Of a stretch of 64,000 bases of DNA, positions 1 through 10,224 are shown piece by piece. The position numbers and the translations under genes are program-made. Under the pieces are notes generated by a model that was not told the origin of the DNA, searched no databases, and saw nothing but the letters and a program-made list of their open reading frames with translations. The DNA is from an uncultured Oscillospiraceae bacterium. GTDB taxonomy: Bacteria > Bacillota > Clostridia > Oscillospirales > Oscillospiraceae. Positions within the stretch are counted from its first letter, which is position 1. Each line of letters opens with the position of its first letter. Location of the stretch: contig CAJOIC010000003.1 in assembly GCA_905234625.1 (NCBI GenBank), forward strand, positions 24,180 through 88,179. The letters are read 5' to 3'.

Positions 1-40
1 ATCGAAAAGACGGAGCTACCCGCGGCGGGAGAGGTCCCGG

Positions 41-1249
41 ATGCGTGAGGAGGTCTTCACCGTCTCGGAGCTGAACTCCTTCGTCCGCACCCGGCTGGAA
101 AACGATCCGGCCCTCATGCGGGTGGCCGTGATGGGGGAGGTGTCGGGGTACAAGATGTATCCCGGCTCCGGTTATCACTATTTCTCTCTGAAGGACAAAA
201 AATGCGTGGTGTCCTGCGTCATCACCCGGATGAACGCCCGGCGTCTGCGCTTTCTGCCTCAGGAGTCCATGGCCGTGGTGCTGATGGGCTTCGTCACGCT
301 CTATGAGCCCCAGGGAAAATACCAACTGAGCGTAACGGACGTGCTGCCCGTGGGCGCAGGAGACCTGGAGGCCGAGTTCGAGAGGCTCCGGGCAAAGCTG
401 GAGGCCGAGGGTCTATTCGACCCCGCCCACAAAAAACCGCTGCCCAGGTATCCGGAGCGGGTGGCGGTAGTCACCAGCGGCTCCGGGGCCGTGATCCACG
501 ATATCATCCGCACGCTGGGAAAGCGCTGGCCCGCCGCGAAGATCCTACTGCTGCCGGTCCTGGTCCAGGGGGAGGCTGCCCCCGGAGAGATCGTTCGGGC
601 CATACGGTACGCAAACCGCTGGAAGGTGGCGGACGTGATGATCGTGGGCCGGGGCGGCGGCTCCCGGGAGGATCTGTGGGCCTTCAACGACGAGGGCGTG
701 GCCCGCGCGATCTACGCCTCGGAGATCCCGGTGATCTCCGCTGTGGGCCATCGACCGGACGTGACCATCGCGGACTATGTGGCGGATATGACCGCCCATA
801 CGCCTACGGATGCCGCCGAGATCGCGGGACCGAATGCGGCGGACCTGCTGGTGGGGCTGCGGCAGAACGATGTCCGTCTGCGGCAGGCCATGGGAAATCG
901 GCTGGACATGCTGTCCCGCCGCCTGGAGGAGCTGAAAATGCGTCCCGTGCTGCGGGACCCGGCGGCGACCCTCGCGGTGAAGCGGCAGGAGCTGGACCTA
1001 CTGGCGTCCCGGCTCTGCGGGGCCATGGAGATGGAGAACGCGAGAAAGCGCCGGGGCTACACGGAGCTTGCAGCGAAGCTGGACGCCCTCAGCCCCCTGA
1101 AGGTGCTCTCCCGGGGCTATTCCATAACGGAGAAGGACGGCGTGCCCCTTCGGCGTGCGGAGGACGCGCGCCCGGGGGACCGCATCGATATCACGCTGAC
1201 CGGCGGCAGCCTCGGCTGCGTCGTGGAGGAGGTTCGGATCAATGGCTGA
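41..1249 (+). CDS. xseA: exodeoxyribonuclease VII large subunit
   Basis: 402-aa ORF with an OB-fold N-terminus and an ExoVII large-subunit core. Its last codons overlap xseB. It sits in the conserved xseA-xseB-ispA-dxs order. Confidence 0.9.
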   Translation: MREEVFTVSELNSFVRTRLENDPALMRVAVMGEVSGYKMYPGSGYHYFSLKDKKCVVSCVITRMNARRLRFLPQESMAVVLMGFVTLYEPQGKYQLSVTDVLPVGAGDLEAEFERLRAKLEAEGLFDPAHKKPLPRYPERVAVVTSGSGAVIHDIIRTLGKRWPAAKILLLPVLVQGEAAPGEIVRAIRYANRWKVADVMIVGRGGGSREDLWAFNDEGVARAIYASEIPVISAVGHRPDVTIADYVADMTAHTPTDAAEIAGPNAADLLVGLRQNDVRLRQAMGNRLDMLSRRLEELKMRPVLRDPAATLAVKRQELDLLASRLCGAMEMENARKRRGYTELAAKLDALSPLKVLSRGYSITEKDGVPLRRAEDARPGDRIDITLTGGSLGCVVEEVRING

Positions 1250-1463
1250 AAAAAAGAGCTTTGAGGCGTCCATGGAGCGGCTGGAGGAGATCGTCCGGCT
1301 GCTGGAAAAGGGTGACGCCCCCCTGGCGGAGAGTCTGGGTCTTTTTGAGGAAGGCGCGGGACTTATCCGCGCCTGCGAGGAATATCTCGGCGAGGCGGAG
1401 CAGAAGGTGGTCAAGCTGCGTGTGGTCGGGGAGGACGAGGAGCCAGAGGAGCTCCCGTTTTGA
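1242..1463 (+). CDS. xseB: exodeoxyribonuclease VII small subunit
   Basis: 73-aa ORF (FEASMERLEEIVRLLEKGDAPLAESL), typical of XseB. It overlaps the xseA stop by 8 nt. Confidence 0.9.
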   Translation: MAEKKSFEASMERLEEIVRLLEKGDAPLAESLGLFEEGAGLIRACEEYLGEAEQKVVKLRVVGEDEEPEELPF

Positions 1464-2275
1464 GTGCCATGGATCAGAGATACGAGCTTTATAAGAGAAT
1501 GATCGACGAGACCCTGGCGGGGTACTTCACCCCGGCGGGAGATGGCGCTGATGGTCTCAGGGAGGCCATGCGGTACAGTCTTCTGGCCGGAGGAAAGCGC
1601 GTCCGCCCGGTGCTGTGCCTGGAATTCTGCCGGATCTGCGGCGGCGATCCCGTCAGTGCGCTCCCCGCGGCCTGCGGTGTGGAGATGCTCCACACCTACA
1701 GCCTCATCCACGACGATCTTCCCTGCATGGATGACGACGATGAGCGTCGGGGCCGGCCTACAAGCCACAAGGTCTTTGGTGAGACGGCGGCCGTCCTGGC
1801 GGGTGACTGCCTCCAGGCGGAGGCCTTTCGGGCCGTGTGCGGGGCTGAGATCGGGGAGGCGGAGCGCTTCCGCTGCGTGCGCATCCTGTCCCGGGCCGCC
1901 GGGGTCGAAGGGATCTGCGGCGGTCAGATCATGGACCTGTCCGGCGCGGATCAGGACGCGGACGCCCTGAGCGAGACGGACCTGCGAAAGACCGCGAGCC
2001 TCATGGGCGCCGCCTGCGCCATGGGCGCTGCCGCCGCGTCCGGGGACGAGGATACTGTCGCCGCAGCGGAGGCCTTCGGCATGGCGCTGGGCATGGCCTT
2101 CCAATGCCGGGACGATATCCTGGACGGGGACGGCTTCTGCCGCCTGCTGGGGGAGGAAAAATGCGCGGCCCTCACCGCGATGTACACGGAAAAGGCCCTG
2201 GAGCTTCTGGATCGTTTTTCCGATACGGGATTTCTCCGCAGCCTGACGGAGAAGCTCTCCGGACGAAGCGTCTGA
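1460..2275 (+). CDS. ispA: polyprenyl synthetase (farnesyl/geranyl diphosphate synthase)
   Basis: First Asp-rich motif is IHDDLPCMDDDDERRG and the second is FQCRDDILD. Its position between xseB and dxs matches Bacillus and Clostridia. Confidence 0.85.
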   Translation: MSAMDQRYELYKRMIDETLAGYFTPAGDGADGLREAMRYSLLAGGKRVRPVLCLEFCRICGGDPVSALPAACGVEMLHTYSLIHDDLPCMDDDDERRGRPTSHKVFGETAAVLAGDCLQAEAFRAVCGAEIGEAERFRCVRILSRAAGVEGICGGQIMDLSGADQDADALSETDLRKTASLMGAACAMGAAAASGDEDTVAAAEAFGMALGMAFQCRDDILDGDGFCRLLGEEKCAALTAMYTEKALELLDRFSDTGFLRSLTEKLSGRSV

Positions 2276-2383
2276 CGTTCCGGGATATTCATTATTCGAT
2301 GAATATATGCAGAATACACCTTGAAAAACAAGGTGTATTTTGTTATGATAAGCGGAGCTGAATTTGTTTTGGAGCCATGTGCT

Positions 2384-4219
2384 ATGGTTTATCTCGATAA
2401 AATCAAGACCCCGGAGGATATCCGGGATATGACGCCGGAGGAGCTGACGGCGCTGTGCGCGGAGATGCGCGGATTTCTGGTGGAGAGTGTGTCGCGGGGC
2501 GGCGGACATCTGGCCTCCAATCTGGGGGCGGTGGAGCTGACCGTCGCCATCCACCGGGTGTATGATACCGCTGTGGACCGGCTTGTGTTCGACGTGGGAC
2601 ACCAGTGCTATCCCCACAAGCTCCTCACAGGCCGGATGGAAGGGTTCGCGGATTTCCGGGAGTTGGGCGGCATGTCCGGATTCCCGAAGCCGGCGGAGAG
2701 CGTCCATGACGCTTTCGTGGCGGGCCACGCATCCAACTCCGTATCCGTGGCGCTGGGCATGGCCCGGGCGCGCACGGCGCTGGGAGCGGATTACGACGTT
2801 GTCGCCGTCATCGGCGACGGTGCTCTCAGCGGCGGCCTTGCCTTCGAGGGCCTGTCCGACGCCGGGCACAGCGGCGAGCCCCTGGTGGTCATCCTGAACG
2901 ACAACGGCATGTCCATCGGCAGGAACGTGGGCGGCGTGGCAGATATGCTAAGCCGTATGCGCACGAAGCCGGAATACGCCAGGTTCAAGCGCTGGTACAG
3001 GAGCGTCGTGGGCCCGGGGCTGTATGGTTTTACACATAAGGTGAAGCGCTGGATCAAGGACCGGGTGATCCCGGACAATGTTTTCGACGATCTGGGCTTT
3101 GATTATATGGGCCCTATGGACGGGCATGATATCGAAAAGGTGGAGCGGGCCCTCCGCTGGGCCCGGGAGCAGAAAAAGCCCTGTCTCGTACACGTGATCA
3201 CTCAGAAGGGTCGGGGCTATGTCCCCGCCGAACGTTCGCCGGAGCTCTTCCACGGCATCGGCGCCTTTGACCCGGACAGCGGTGTGCCGCTGCGTTCGGG
3301 GGAGGATTTCTCCGCAGTCTTCGGACGCTGTCTCACGGAGCTTGCCGGGGAGGATGAGCGGGTCACCGCCATCACGGCAGCCATGGCGGACGGGACGGGT
3401 CTCGCGGAGTTCCGCAGGGCATATCCCAAGCGCTTTTTCGACGTGGGCATCGCCGAGGAGCATGCATGCGCCATGGCGGGAGGAATGGCCTCCCAGGGGC
3501 TCATTCCCGTGTTCGCGGTGTATTCCACGTTCCTGCAGCGGAGCTACGATATGCTGATCCACGATATCTCTCTCATGGGTCTGCACGCCGTGTTCGGCGT
3601 GGACCGGGCTGGCATCGTGGGCAAGGACGGCCAGACCCACCAGGGCTCCTTCGACGTGGCGTATCTGACCAGCGTGCCCGGTATGACCGTCTTTGCGCCG
3701 TCCAGCTTCGCGGAGCTTCGCTCCATGCTCCGCCGGGCGGTGCTGGAGGAGACGGGGCCTGTTGCCGTTCGTTATCCCCGGGGCGGGGAGGGCGCCTACC
3801 GTGACGATCACGGCGACGAGGCCGTGTCGGTCCTCCGGGCGGGTACGGACGTCACCGTCGTATCCTACGGCATCGGGATAAATGACGCCCTTTATGCCGC
3901 GGAGCTGCTGTCGAAGCAGGGGATAAGCGCCGAGGTTCTGAAGATAAACCGTCTGGCGCCGCTTGATATCACGGCGGCAGCCGCCTCGGTCCGAAAAACC
4001 GGACGTCTCATAGCGGCGGAGGACGTCTGCCGCTCCGGCAGCATAGGAGAGAAGCTGCTGGCGGCGCTGGCCGAGGAGGGCGTGTCTCTGAGCGGCGCGC
4101 GGCTTCTCGACCTGGGAGAGGGCATCTTGCCCAACGGGGCGCCGGAGGCGCTTCGCCATCAGACCGGACTGGACGGCGAGGGGATCGCCCGCGCCGTGAC
4201 GGAGCTCATACATGGGTAA
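2384..4219 (+). CDS. dxs: 1-deoxy-D-xylulose-5-phosphate synthase
   Basis: Carries the Dxs hallmarks GHLASNLG, GHQCYPHK, GDGALSGG and IAEEHA. The ATG at 2384 (MVYLDKIKTPEDI) fits the family N-terminus better than the ORF-track start at 2321. Confidence 0.93.
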   Translation: MVYLDKIKTPEDIRDMTPEELTALCAEMRGFLVESVSRGGGHLASNLGAVELTVAIHRVYDTAVDRLVFDVGHQCYPHKLLTGRMEGFADFRELGGMSGFPKPAESVHDAFVAGHASNSVSVALGMARARTALGADYDVVAVIGDGALSGGLAFEGLSDAGHSGEPLVVILNDNGMSIGRNVGGVADMLSRMRTKPEYARFKRWYRSVVGPGLYGFTHKVKRWIKDRVIPDNVFDDLGFDYMGPMDGHDIEKVERALRWAREQKKPCLVHVITQKGRGYVPAERSPELFHGIGAFDPDSGVPLRSGEDFSAVFGRCLTELAGEDERVTAITAAMADGTGLAEFRRAYPKRFFDVGIAEEHACAMAGGMASQGLIPVFAVYSTFLQRSYDMLIHDISLMGLHAVFGVDRAGIVGKDGQTHQGSFDVAYLTSVPGMTVFAPSSFAELRSMLRRAVLEETGPVAVRYPRGGEGAYRDDHGDEAVSVLRAGTDVTVVSYGIGINDALYAAELLSKQGISAEVLKINRLAPLDITAAAASVRKTGRLIAAEDVCRSGSIGEKLLAALAEEGVSLSGARLLDLGEGILPNGAPEALRHQTGLDGEGIARAVTELIHG

Positions 4220-5006
4220 GATCAGACTGGATCAGTTGGTATTCGAACAGGGCCGCGCGGAGAGCCGCGAGAAGGCCAAGGCCCTCATCATGGCAGGCTC
4301 GGTCTATGTAGACGGGCAGAAGCAGACGAAGCCCGGCATGTCCGTGCCGGAGGACGCGAATCTGGAGGTCCGGGGGGACAAGATGCCCTTCGTCAGCCGG
4401 GGAGGCTTCAAGCTCCAAAAGGCGCTGGACGTCTTCGGCATCGACCCGAAGGATCTCGTCTGCGTAGACTGCGGCGCCTCTACGGGGGGCTTTACGGACT
4501 GTCTGCTCCAGCGCGGCGCGAAGCACGTCTACGCCGTGGACGTGGGCTACGGGCAGCTGGCCTGGAGTCTGCGGAGCGACGAGCGGGTCACCGTCATGGA
4601 ACGGCAGAACGCCCGGAACCTCACGCCGGACATGTTCCCGGAGGCCATGGATATGGCGGTGATGGATATGTCCTTCATCTCCCTGCGGCTGGTGCTTCCG
4701 GCGGTGAAAAGCCTTTTGAAGGAAGAGGGGCAGGTCGTCTGCCTCGTAAAGCCTCAGTTCGAGGCCGGCCGGGAAAAGGTGGGCAAGAAGGGCGTCGTCA
4801 GGGACCCTGCCGTACACCGGGAGGTCCTGGAGGATTTCATCGAAACCGCCCGTGCGCTGGGCTATGTCCTGATGGGGCTCGACTTCTCCCCGGTCCGGGG
4901 ACCGGAGGGGAATATCGAGTACCTGGCGTGGCTGAAGACCGGGGGGGAGGGCGTCGAGCCGGACTGCGGCGACGTCGTCCGCCGCTCCCATGAGGAGCTT
5001 GGATAG
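4212..5006 (+). CDS. tlyA: TlyA-family rRNA 2'-O-methyltransferase
   Basis: S4-like N-terminus (RLDQLVFEQG) followed by an FtsJ-type methyltransferase core (VDCGASTGGFTDCLL). Conserved position after dxs. Confidence 0.85.
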   Translation: MGKIRLDQLVFEQGRAESREKAKALIMAGSVYVDGQKQTKPGMSVPEDANLEVRGDKMPFVSRGGFKLQKALDVFGIDPKDLVCVDCGASTGGFTDCLLQRGAKHVYAVDVGYGQLAWSLRSDERVTVMERQNARNLTPDMFPEAMDMAVMDMSFISLRLVLPAVKSLLKEEGQVVCLVKPQFEAGREKVGKKGVVRDPAVHREVLEDFIETARALGYVLMGLDFSPVRGPEGNIEYLAWLKTGGEGVEPDCGDVVRRSHEELG

Positions 5007-5017
5007 GAGACTGCCTT

Positions 5018-5860
5018 ATGAAACGGATCGTATTGTGTCCGAATATGTCCCGGGATGAGGGACTTGCCGTCACACGCCGTGTCCGCGCCATGCTGGAGGA
5101 CGCGGGGTGCCAGGTCGTCATATCCCCGATATACGGCGAGGTGACGGACCTTCCCACCGCGGAGCTGCCGGAGGCGCTGGAAGGTGCGGACCTTCTGGTC
5201 ACCCTGGGCGGCGACGGTACCATCCTGCATCTCGCGCCGCTGGTAAAGGCCAGTTCCGTCCCTATGGTGGGCGTGAATCTGGGCCACAAGGGCTTTCTGA
5301 CGGAGCTGGACCGGGACACGGTGGAAAAGCTCCTGGACGCCGCCGCAGGACGATATGTGATCGTACCGCGGATGATGCTGGACGTGCGCATCCTGCGGAA
5401 TGGAGAGGAGGTATTCTCCGATACCGCCATCAACGAGGCGCTGATCTCCGGTATCGTGCAGAACGTCCGGCTGACGGCCCTGGGGGACGGGGAGCGCATC
5501 CTGACCTTCTCCGGGGACGGCATCATCATCTGCTCGCCAACGGGGTCCACGGCGTATTCCATGTCCGCCGGGGGGCCGCTGGTGGAGCCTCAGGCGGAGA
5601 ACCTGATCCTGACGCCGATATGCGCCCATATGCTGGCGGCCAGGTCCTTTGTCCTCTCGCCGGAGCGGGTGGTGACGGTCCGGCCGCAGGAGCTGGAGGA
5701 CAAGCGATGCATCCTGTCCTGCGACGGACGGGGCATGATCGACCTGCGGGACGGCGACGCCGTCGTTGTGCGCCGGTCGGATCACAAGCTGTTTTTTGCC
5801 GATCTCGGGACCAAGAGCTTTTACGAGACGGCCTTTGAGAAACTGGGGGAACGTGAATGA
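5018..5860 (+). CDS. nadK: NAD(+) kinase
   Basis: Contains the GGDGT motif (TLGGDGTILH) and the NAD-kinase C-terminal domain. 280 aa. Confidence 0.9.
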   Translation: MKRIVLCPNMSRDEGLAVTRRVRAMLEDAGCQVVISPIYGEVTDLPTAELPEALEGADLLVTLGGDGTILHLAPLVKASSVPMVGVNLGHKGFLTELDRDTVEKLLDAAAGRYVIVPRMMLDVRILRNGEEVFSDTAINEALISGIVQNVRLTALGDGERILTFSGDGIIICSPTGSTAYSMSAGGPLVEPQAENLILTPICAHMLAARSFVLSPERVVTVRPQELEDKRCILSCDGRGMIDLRDGDAVVVRRSDHKLFFADLGTKSFYETAFEKLGERE

Positions 5861-6312
5861 AGAGCGCTAGACAGTCGGTGATCCTGGAGATCATCGCGGA
5901 ACAGGACATAGAGACCCAGGGCCAGCTTCTGGACGCCCTGCGGGACCGGGGGGTGGAGAGCACCCAGGCCACGGTCTCCCGGGACATCAAGGAGCTCCGG
6001 CTCGTGAAGGAAGTATCCCCCGACGGGCGCTATCGCTATGCTCCCGCCGGTCAGGACGAGGCCTCCGACTCCGACCGCCGGATGATGGAGATCTTCCGGG
6101 AAGGGTGCGTAGGCTTCGACCACGCCCTGCATACCGTGGTCATCAAGACCCTGCCGGGCCTTGCCTCCGCCGTGTGCGGCGCGGTGGACGCCATGTACGA
6201 CGATAACATCCTCGGCACCGTGGCCGGAGACGATACTGGCATCCTCGTCATGCGAAACGCCGCCGCCGCCGAGCGGCTGTGCACACAGCTGCGGAGGACG
6301 TATAAGCGCTGA
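5857..6312 (+). CDS. argR: arginine repressor
   Basis: 151 aa. Winged-helix N-terminus (RQSVILEIIAEQDIETQGQLLDAL, TQATVSRDIKEL) and an ArgR C-terminal oligomerisation domain (GTVAGDDTILV-like). Confidence 0.9.
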   Translation: MKSARQSVILEIIAEQDIETQGQLLDALRDRGVESTQATVSRDIKELRLVKEVSPDGRYRYAPAGQDEASDSDRRMMEIFREGCVGFDHALHTVVIKTLPGLASAVCGAVDAMYDDNILGTVAGDDTGILVMRNAAAAERLCTQLRRTYKR

Positions 6313-6328
6313 AAGGGTAGAGAGTGCA

Positions 6329-8017
6329 ATGCTGAAGAGCCTCCACATCGAGAATATCGCCGTGGTGGAGCGGGCGGACGTGGAATTCCGGGAGGGGCTG
6401 AACGTCTTGACCGGTGAGACCGGCGCGGGCAAGTCCATCGTGATCGACGCGCTGTATGCCGTCACCGGAGGACGGACCAGCCGGGAGCTGGTGCGCTCCG
6501 GCGCGGCAAAAGGTCTTGCCGCCGCCGTGTTCGACGCGGACGGTACGGACGCCTGGCGCGAGGAGAACGGCATCGACGCCGAGGACGGCGAGCTTATCGT
6601 GCAGCGGAGTATCTCCGCCGATGGCAAGGGCTCCTGCCGGGTGAACGGCGTACCCGTGACGGTGGCTCAGCTGCGGGCCCTGGGGTCTCTGCTTGTGGAT
6701 ATCCACGGGCAGAACGACGGCCGCCAGCTCCTGGATGAGAGCCGCCATATAGACTATCTCGACGCCTTCGCGGACGCCAGGGCGGAGCTGACGGCCTATG
6801 GCGAGGCTTATGCCGCCTACACGGAAAACGAACGGGAGATCGACCGTCTGTCGCTGGATGACGAGACCCGACGCCGTCTGGCGGAGAGCCTAAGCTACCG
6901 GGTGCAGGAGCTGGAAAAAGCCGAGCTCCGGGCCGGAGAAGAGGCGGAGCTTGCGGAAAAGAGCGAGCTTCTCAGAAACGGCGAACGTCTTCGGGAGTCC
7001 TCCTCCGGAGCTTACGCCGCTCTCTATGGCGGGGAGGCGTCGGCGGTGACCCTGGCCGGAGAGGCGCGGGGCTATCTCTCCCGGGCCGTGGGATACAGCG
7101 CGGAGCTGCGGGAGGCGGACGCCTCCGTCAAGGAGGCCCTGTCGCTCCTGGAGGACGCGGCGGAGCGCATCCGGGATTTTGAGCTGACGCTGGATTTCTC
7201 CCCGGAGGAATTCGACCGGGTGGAGAGCCGCCTGTCCCAGCTGCGGCGGCTGGAGAAGAAGTTTTCCGTCTCGGACGAGGCGGAGCTCATGGAGCTGTAC
7301 GATACCTCCGCGAAGCGCCTGGCCGAGATCGAGTACGGCGACGCGGCGCTGGAGCGGCTGTATAAGAAGCGGGAGGAGCTGTCTGCCGCCTGTGTCCGCA
7401 GAGCGGAAGCGCTGACGAAGGCCAGGAAGGCGGCCTCGGAGAGGCTTGCCAAACGGGGGGAGCAGGAGCTGAAAGCCCTGTCCATGCCCTCTGTCCGCTT
7501 CGAGACGCGGATCGAGCCCCTGGGCGGGACGCACGGGTTCGGGGCAAAAGGCGCGGACGAGGTGCTGTTTCTCATGAGCGCCAACGCTGGGGAGGCCCCC
7601 GGCCGCATCGCCAAGATCGCCTCCGGCGGCGAGCTGAGCCGCATCATGCTGGCGCTGAAGACCGTGTTCGGGGAAAACGATCCCGTGCCCACGGCAGTAT
7701 TCGATGAGATCGACACAGGCGTCTCCGGCGTGGCGGCCAGCCGCGTGGGGGAGAAGCTCCACGGCATCGGCGAGGCGCGGCAGGTCCTGTGCGTGAGCCA
7801 TCTGCCCCAGATCGCGGCTATGGCGGACGCCCAGTACTGCATCGAAAAGAGCGAGAGAAACGGCCGCACGTACACCACGGTAGACGAGCTCGGCCGGGAG
7901 GGACGCCGCAAGGAGCTTGCAAGGCTCATCGGCGGCGACAATATCACGGAGCTGACCCTGGCCTCGGCGGAGGAGCTGCTGGCCTCAGCGGATAACTGGA
8001 AGGATGGAAAAGCATGA
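6329..8017 (+). CDS. recN: DNA repair protein RecN
   Basis: Starts MLKSLHIENIAVV. Has Walker A GETGAGKS, long coiled-coil arms and the C-terminal signature SGGELSRIMLALK. The ATG at 6329 was chosen over the ORF-track extension. Confidence 0.93.
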   Translation: MLKSLHIENIAVVERADVEFREGLNVLTGETGAGKSIVIDALYAVTGGRTSRELVRSGAAKGLAAAVFDADGTDAWREENGIDAEDGELIVQRSISADGKGSCRVNGVPVTVAQLRALGSLLVDIHGQNDGRQLLDESRHIDYLDAFADARAELTAYGEAYAAYTENEREIDRLSLDDETRRRLAESLSYRVQELEKAELRAGEEAELAEKSELLRNGERLRESSSGAYAALYGGEASAVTLAGEARGYLSRAVGYSAELREADASVKEALSLLEDAAERIRDFELTLDFSPEEFDRVESRLSQLRRLEKKFSVSDEAELMELYDTSAKRLAEIEYGDAALERLYKKREELSAACVRRAEALTKARKAASERLAKRGEQELKALSMPSVRFETRIEPLGGTHGFGAKGADEVLFLMSANAGEAPGRIAKIASGGELSRIMLALKTVFGENDPVPTAVFDEIDTGVSGVAASRVGEKLHGIGEARQVLCVSHLPQIAAMADAQYCIEKSERNGRTYTTVDELGREGRRKELARLIGGDNITELTLASAEELLASADNWKDGKA

Positions 8018-8130
8018 GATACAGCAAATACGACCGCCTCGCCAGGCTCTGGCCCGTCTACCCCTTCGGGGGACCGAGCTGTGACGATACGAACGAATAA
8101 AAAGATGATGATAAAAGGAGATTTGAAGAA

Positions 8131-9351
8131 ATGACTTTGTATGACGAACTCGTCGCCCGCGGCCTCATCGCCCAGGTGACAAACGAGGAAGAGATAAAAA
8201 ACATGATCAACGCCGGCAAGGCCACCTTTTACATTGGCTTTGACTGTACGGCGGACAGTCTGACGGCGGGACATTTCATGGCCCTGACCCTCATGAAGCG
8301 TCTCCAGCAGGCTGGCAATAAGCCCATTGCCCTCATCGGCGGCGGCACCACCATGATCGGCGACCCCTCCGGCCGCACCGATATGCGCAAGATGCTGACA
8401 AAGGAGGATATCGACCACAACGCCGAGTGCTTCAAGCGCCAGATGGAGCGGTTCATCGACTTCTCCGACGGGAAGGCCATGATGATCAACAACGCCGACT
8501 GGCTCCTGAGCCTCAACTATGTTGAGCTGCTGCGGGAGGTGGGCGCCTGCTTCTCCGTGAACAACATGCTTCGGGCCGAGTGCTACAAGCAGCGCATGGA
8601 GAAGGGTCTGTCCTTCCTGGAATTCAACTACATGATCATGCAGTCCTACGACTTTTACTACCTGTTCCAGCACTATGGCTGCAATATGCAGTTCGGCGGC
8701 AACGACCAGTGGTCCAACATGCTCGGCGGCACGGAGCTCATCCGCCGCAAGCTTGGCAAGGACGCTCACGCCATGACCATCACGCTCCTCACCGACTCCA
8801 ACGGAAACAAGATGGGCAAAACTGCCGGCAACGCCGTCTGGCTCGACCCGGAGAAGACCACGCCCTATGTCTTCTTCCAGTACTGGCGCAATGTGGACGA
8901 CGCGGACGTCATGAAGTGCATCCGCATGCTGACCTTCCTGCCCCTGGAGCAGATCGAGGAGATGGACACCTGGAAGGATGCCCAGCTCAACACCGCCAAG
9001 GAGATCCTGGCCTACGAGCTGACGAAGATGGTCCACGGGGAAGCGGAGGCCGAGAAGGCCCGCTCCGCCGCCAAGGCCCTTTTCGGCGCCGGAAACGCCT
9101 CCGATATGCCCGTGACAGAGCTGACCGAGGCGGACCTCACCGACGGCGGAGCCGACATCAAGGTCCTGCTCGTGAAGGCGGGACTTGTCAAGTCCAACTC
9201 CGAGGCCCGTCAGAACATCACCCAGGGGGGCGTCTCCCTGGACGGCGAGAAGGTGAGCGACGTGTTCCTCTCCGTGCCCGCCGAAAAGCTGAGAGAGGGC
9301 ATCCTCCTCAAGCGCGGCAAGAAGAGCTTTGCCAAGGTCATTCTGAAATAA
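8131..9351 (+). CDS. tyrS: tyrosine--tRNA ligase
   Basis: 406 aa. Class I synthetase with a KMGKT (KMSKS-type) motif, GGxDQ and a C-terminal S4 domain. Confidence 0.93.
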   Translation: MTLYDELVARGLIAQVTNEEEIKNMINAGKATFYIGFDCTADSLTAGHFMALTLMKRLQQAGNKPIALIGGGTTMIGDPSGRTDMRKMLTKEDIDHNAECFKRQMERFIDFSDGKAMMINNADWLLSLNYVELLREVGACFSVNNMLRAECYKQRMEKGLSFLEFNYMIMQSYDFYYLFQHYGCNMQFGGNDQWSNMLGGTELIRRKLGKDAHAMTITLLTDSNGNKMGKTAGNAVWLDPEKTTPYVFFQYWRNVDDADVMKCIRMLTFLPLEQIEEMDTWKDAQLNTAKEILAYELTKMVHGEAEAEKARSAAKALFGAGNASDMPVTELTEADLTDGGADIKVLLVKAGLVKSNSEARQNITQGGVSLDGEKVSDVFLSVPAEKLREGILLKRGKKSFAKVILK

Positions 9352-9448
9352 GATCGAATAAACTGCTCCAGCCTGCCGATGGGTGGGCTGGAGCACGCGC
9401 TATAGTTCACCATTGAGTACTTCGCTTTTGGCGATCAAAAACAGGAAA

Positions 9449-9490
9449 AGACCCGTTCGGTTCCGTGTGTGGACCGAGCGGGTCTTCTTT
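9449..9490. terminator. intrinsic terminator between convergent tyrS and livF
   Basis: Hairpin gacccgttcgg / ccgagcgggtc with one G-U pair, followed by tcttctttt. Confidence 0.6.
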
Positions 9491-9515
9491 TATGGTTTTG
9501 TGCGGGTTTTGACAG

Positions 9516-10223
9516 TCAGCCGCCGAGATACGCCTTTTTGATCTCGTCGCTGGCCGCCAGTTCCGCGCCTGTGCCGGTCATGGTGACCCGGCCGGACTCC
9601 AGGACATATGCACGGTCGGCGATCTGGAGAGCCATCTCCGCGTTCTGCTCCACAAGCAGGATGGTGGTGCCGCTTTCGTGCAGCTTCTTGATGATATCGA
9701 AGATCTGCTCCACCAGGATGGGGGCGAGGCCCATGGAGGGCTCGTCCAGCATCATGAGCTTGGGGTGGCTCATGAGGGCTCTGCCCATGGCCAGCATCTG
9801 CTGCTCGCCGCCGGAGAGCGTGCCCGCGATCTGGGTGCGGCGCTCCTCCAGCCGGGGGAACTGCCGGAACACCAGGTCCAGGTCCTCCTGGGAGAGCTTC
9901 TTGTGGATGTAGGCGCCCATCTCCAGGTTCTCCATGACAGTCATCTGCAGGAAGATGCGCCGCCCTTCGGGGACGTGGGACATGCCCTTGGTGGGCAGCT
10001 TGTAGCTGTCGGTCCGGGTGATGTCCTCTCCCAGGAAGGTGATGGAGCCGTTTTTCGGATGCATCATGCCGGATACGGTCTTGAGGGTCGTGGATTTTCC
10101 GGCGCCGTTGGCGCCGATGAGGGCCACGATCTCTCCCTCGTCCACGTGGAAGGAAGCGCCCTTCAGGGCGTGGATATTGCCGTAATAGACGTCGATATTG
10201 TCGACGGTGAGCATATTCGCCAT
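9516..10223 (-). CDS. livF: branched-chain amino acid ABC transporter ATP-binding protein
   Basis: Starts MANMLTVDNIDVYYG. Has Walker A GANGAGKST and the signature LSGGEQQML. The start at 10223 abuts the livG stop. Confidence 0.85.
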   Translation of the reverse strand: MANMLTVDNIDVYYGNIHALKGASFHVDEGEIVALIGANGAGKSTTLKTVSGMMHPKNGSITFLGEDITRTDSYKLPTKGMSHVPEGRRIFLQMTVMENLEMGAYIHKKLSQEDLDLVFRQFPRLEERRTQIAGTLSGGEQQMLAMGRALMSHPKLMMLDEPSMGLAPILVEQIFDIIKKLHESGTTILLVEQNAEMALQIADRAYVLESGRVTMTGTGAELAASDEIKKAYLGG

Positions 10224-10224
10224 A

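Noticed and set aside
1-48. The open frame from the window edge (IEKTELPAAGEVPDA*) ends in a TGA that overlaps the xseA start, so it could be the 3' end of an upstream gene.
   Set aside because: Only 15 codons are visible, which is too little to identify or support as a feature.
1460-2275. IspA is short (271 aa). The region after the second Asp-rich motif (DDILDGDGFCRLLGEEKCAALTAM) seems to lack the LGK-x-x-GSD segment I expect.
   Set aside because: Both catalytic Asp-rich motifs are intact. My recollection of the intervening consensus is not precise enough to call a lesion, so an alignment is needed before claiming anything.
8018-8130. Looked for a T-box leader upstream of tyrS, which is common in Firmicutes.
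   Set aside because: The gap is only 113 nt. It lacks the conserved T-box sequence (AAnnnGGGTGGTACCGCG-like), a specifier-loop architecture and a terminator/antiterminator pair.
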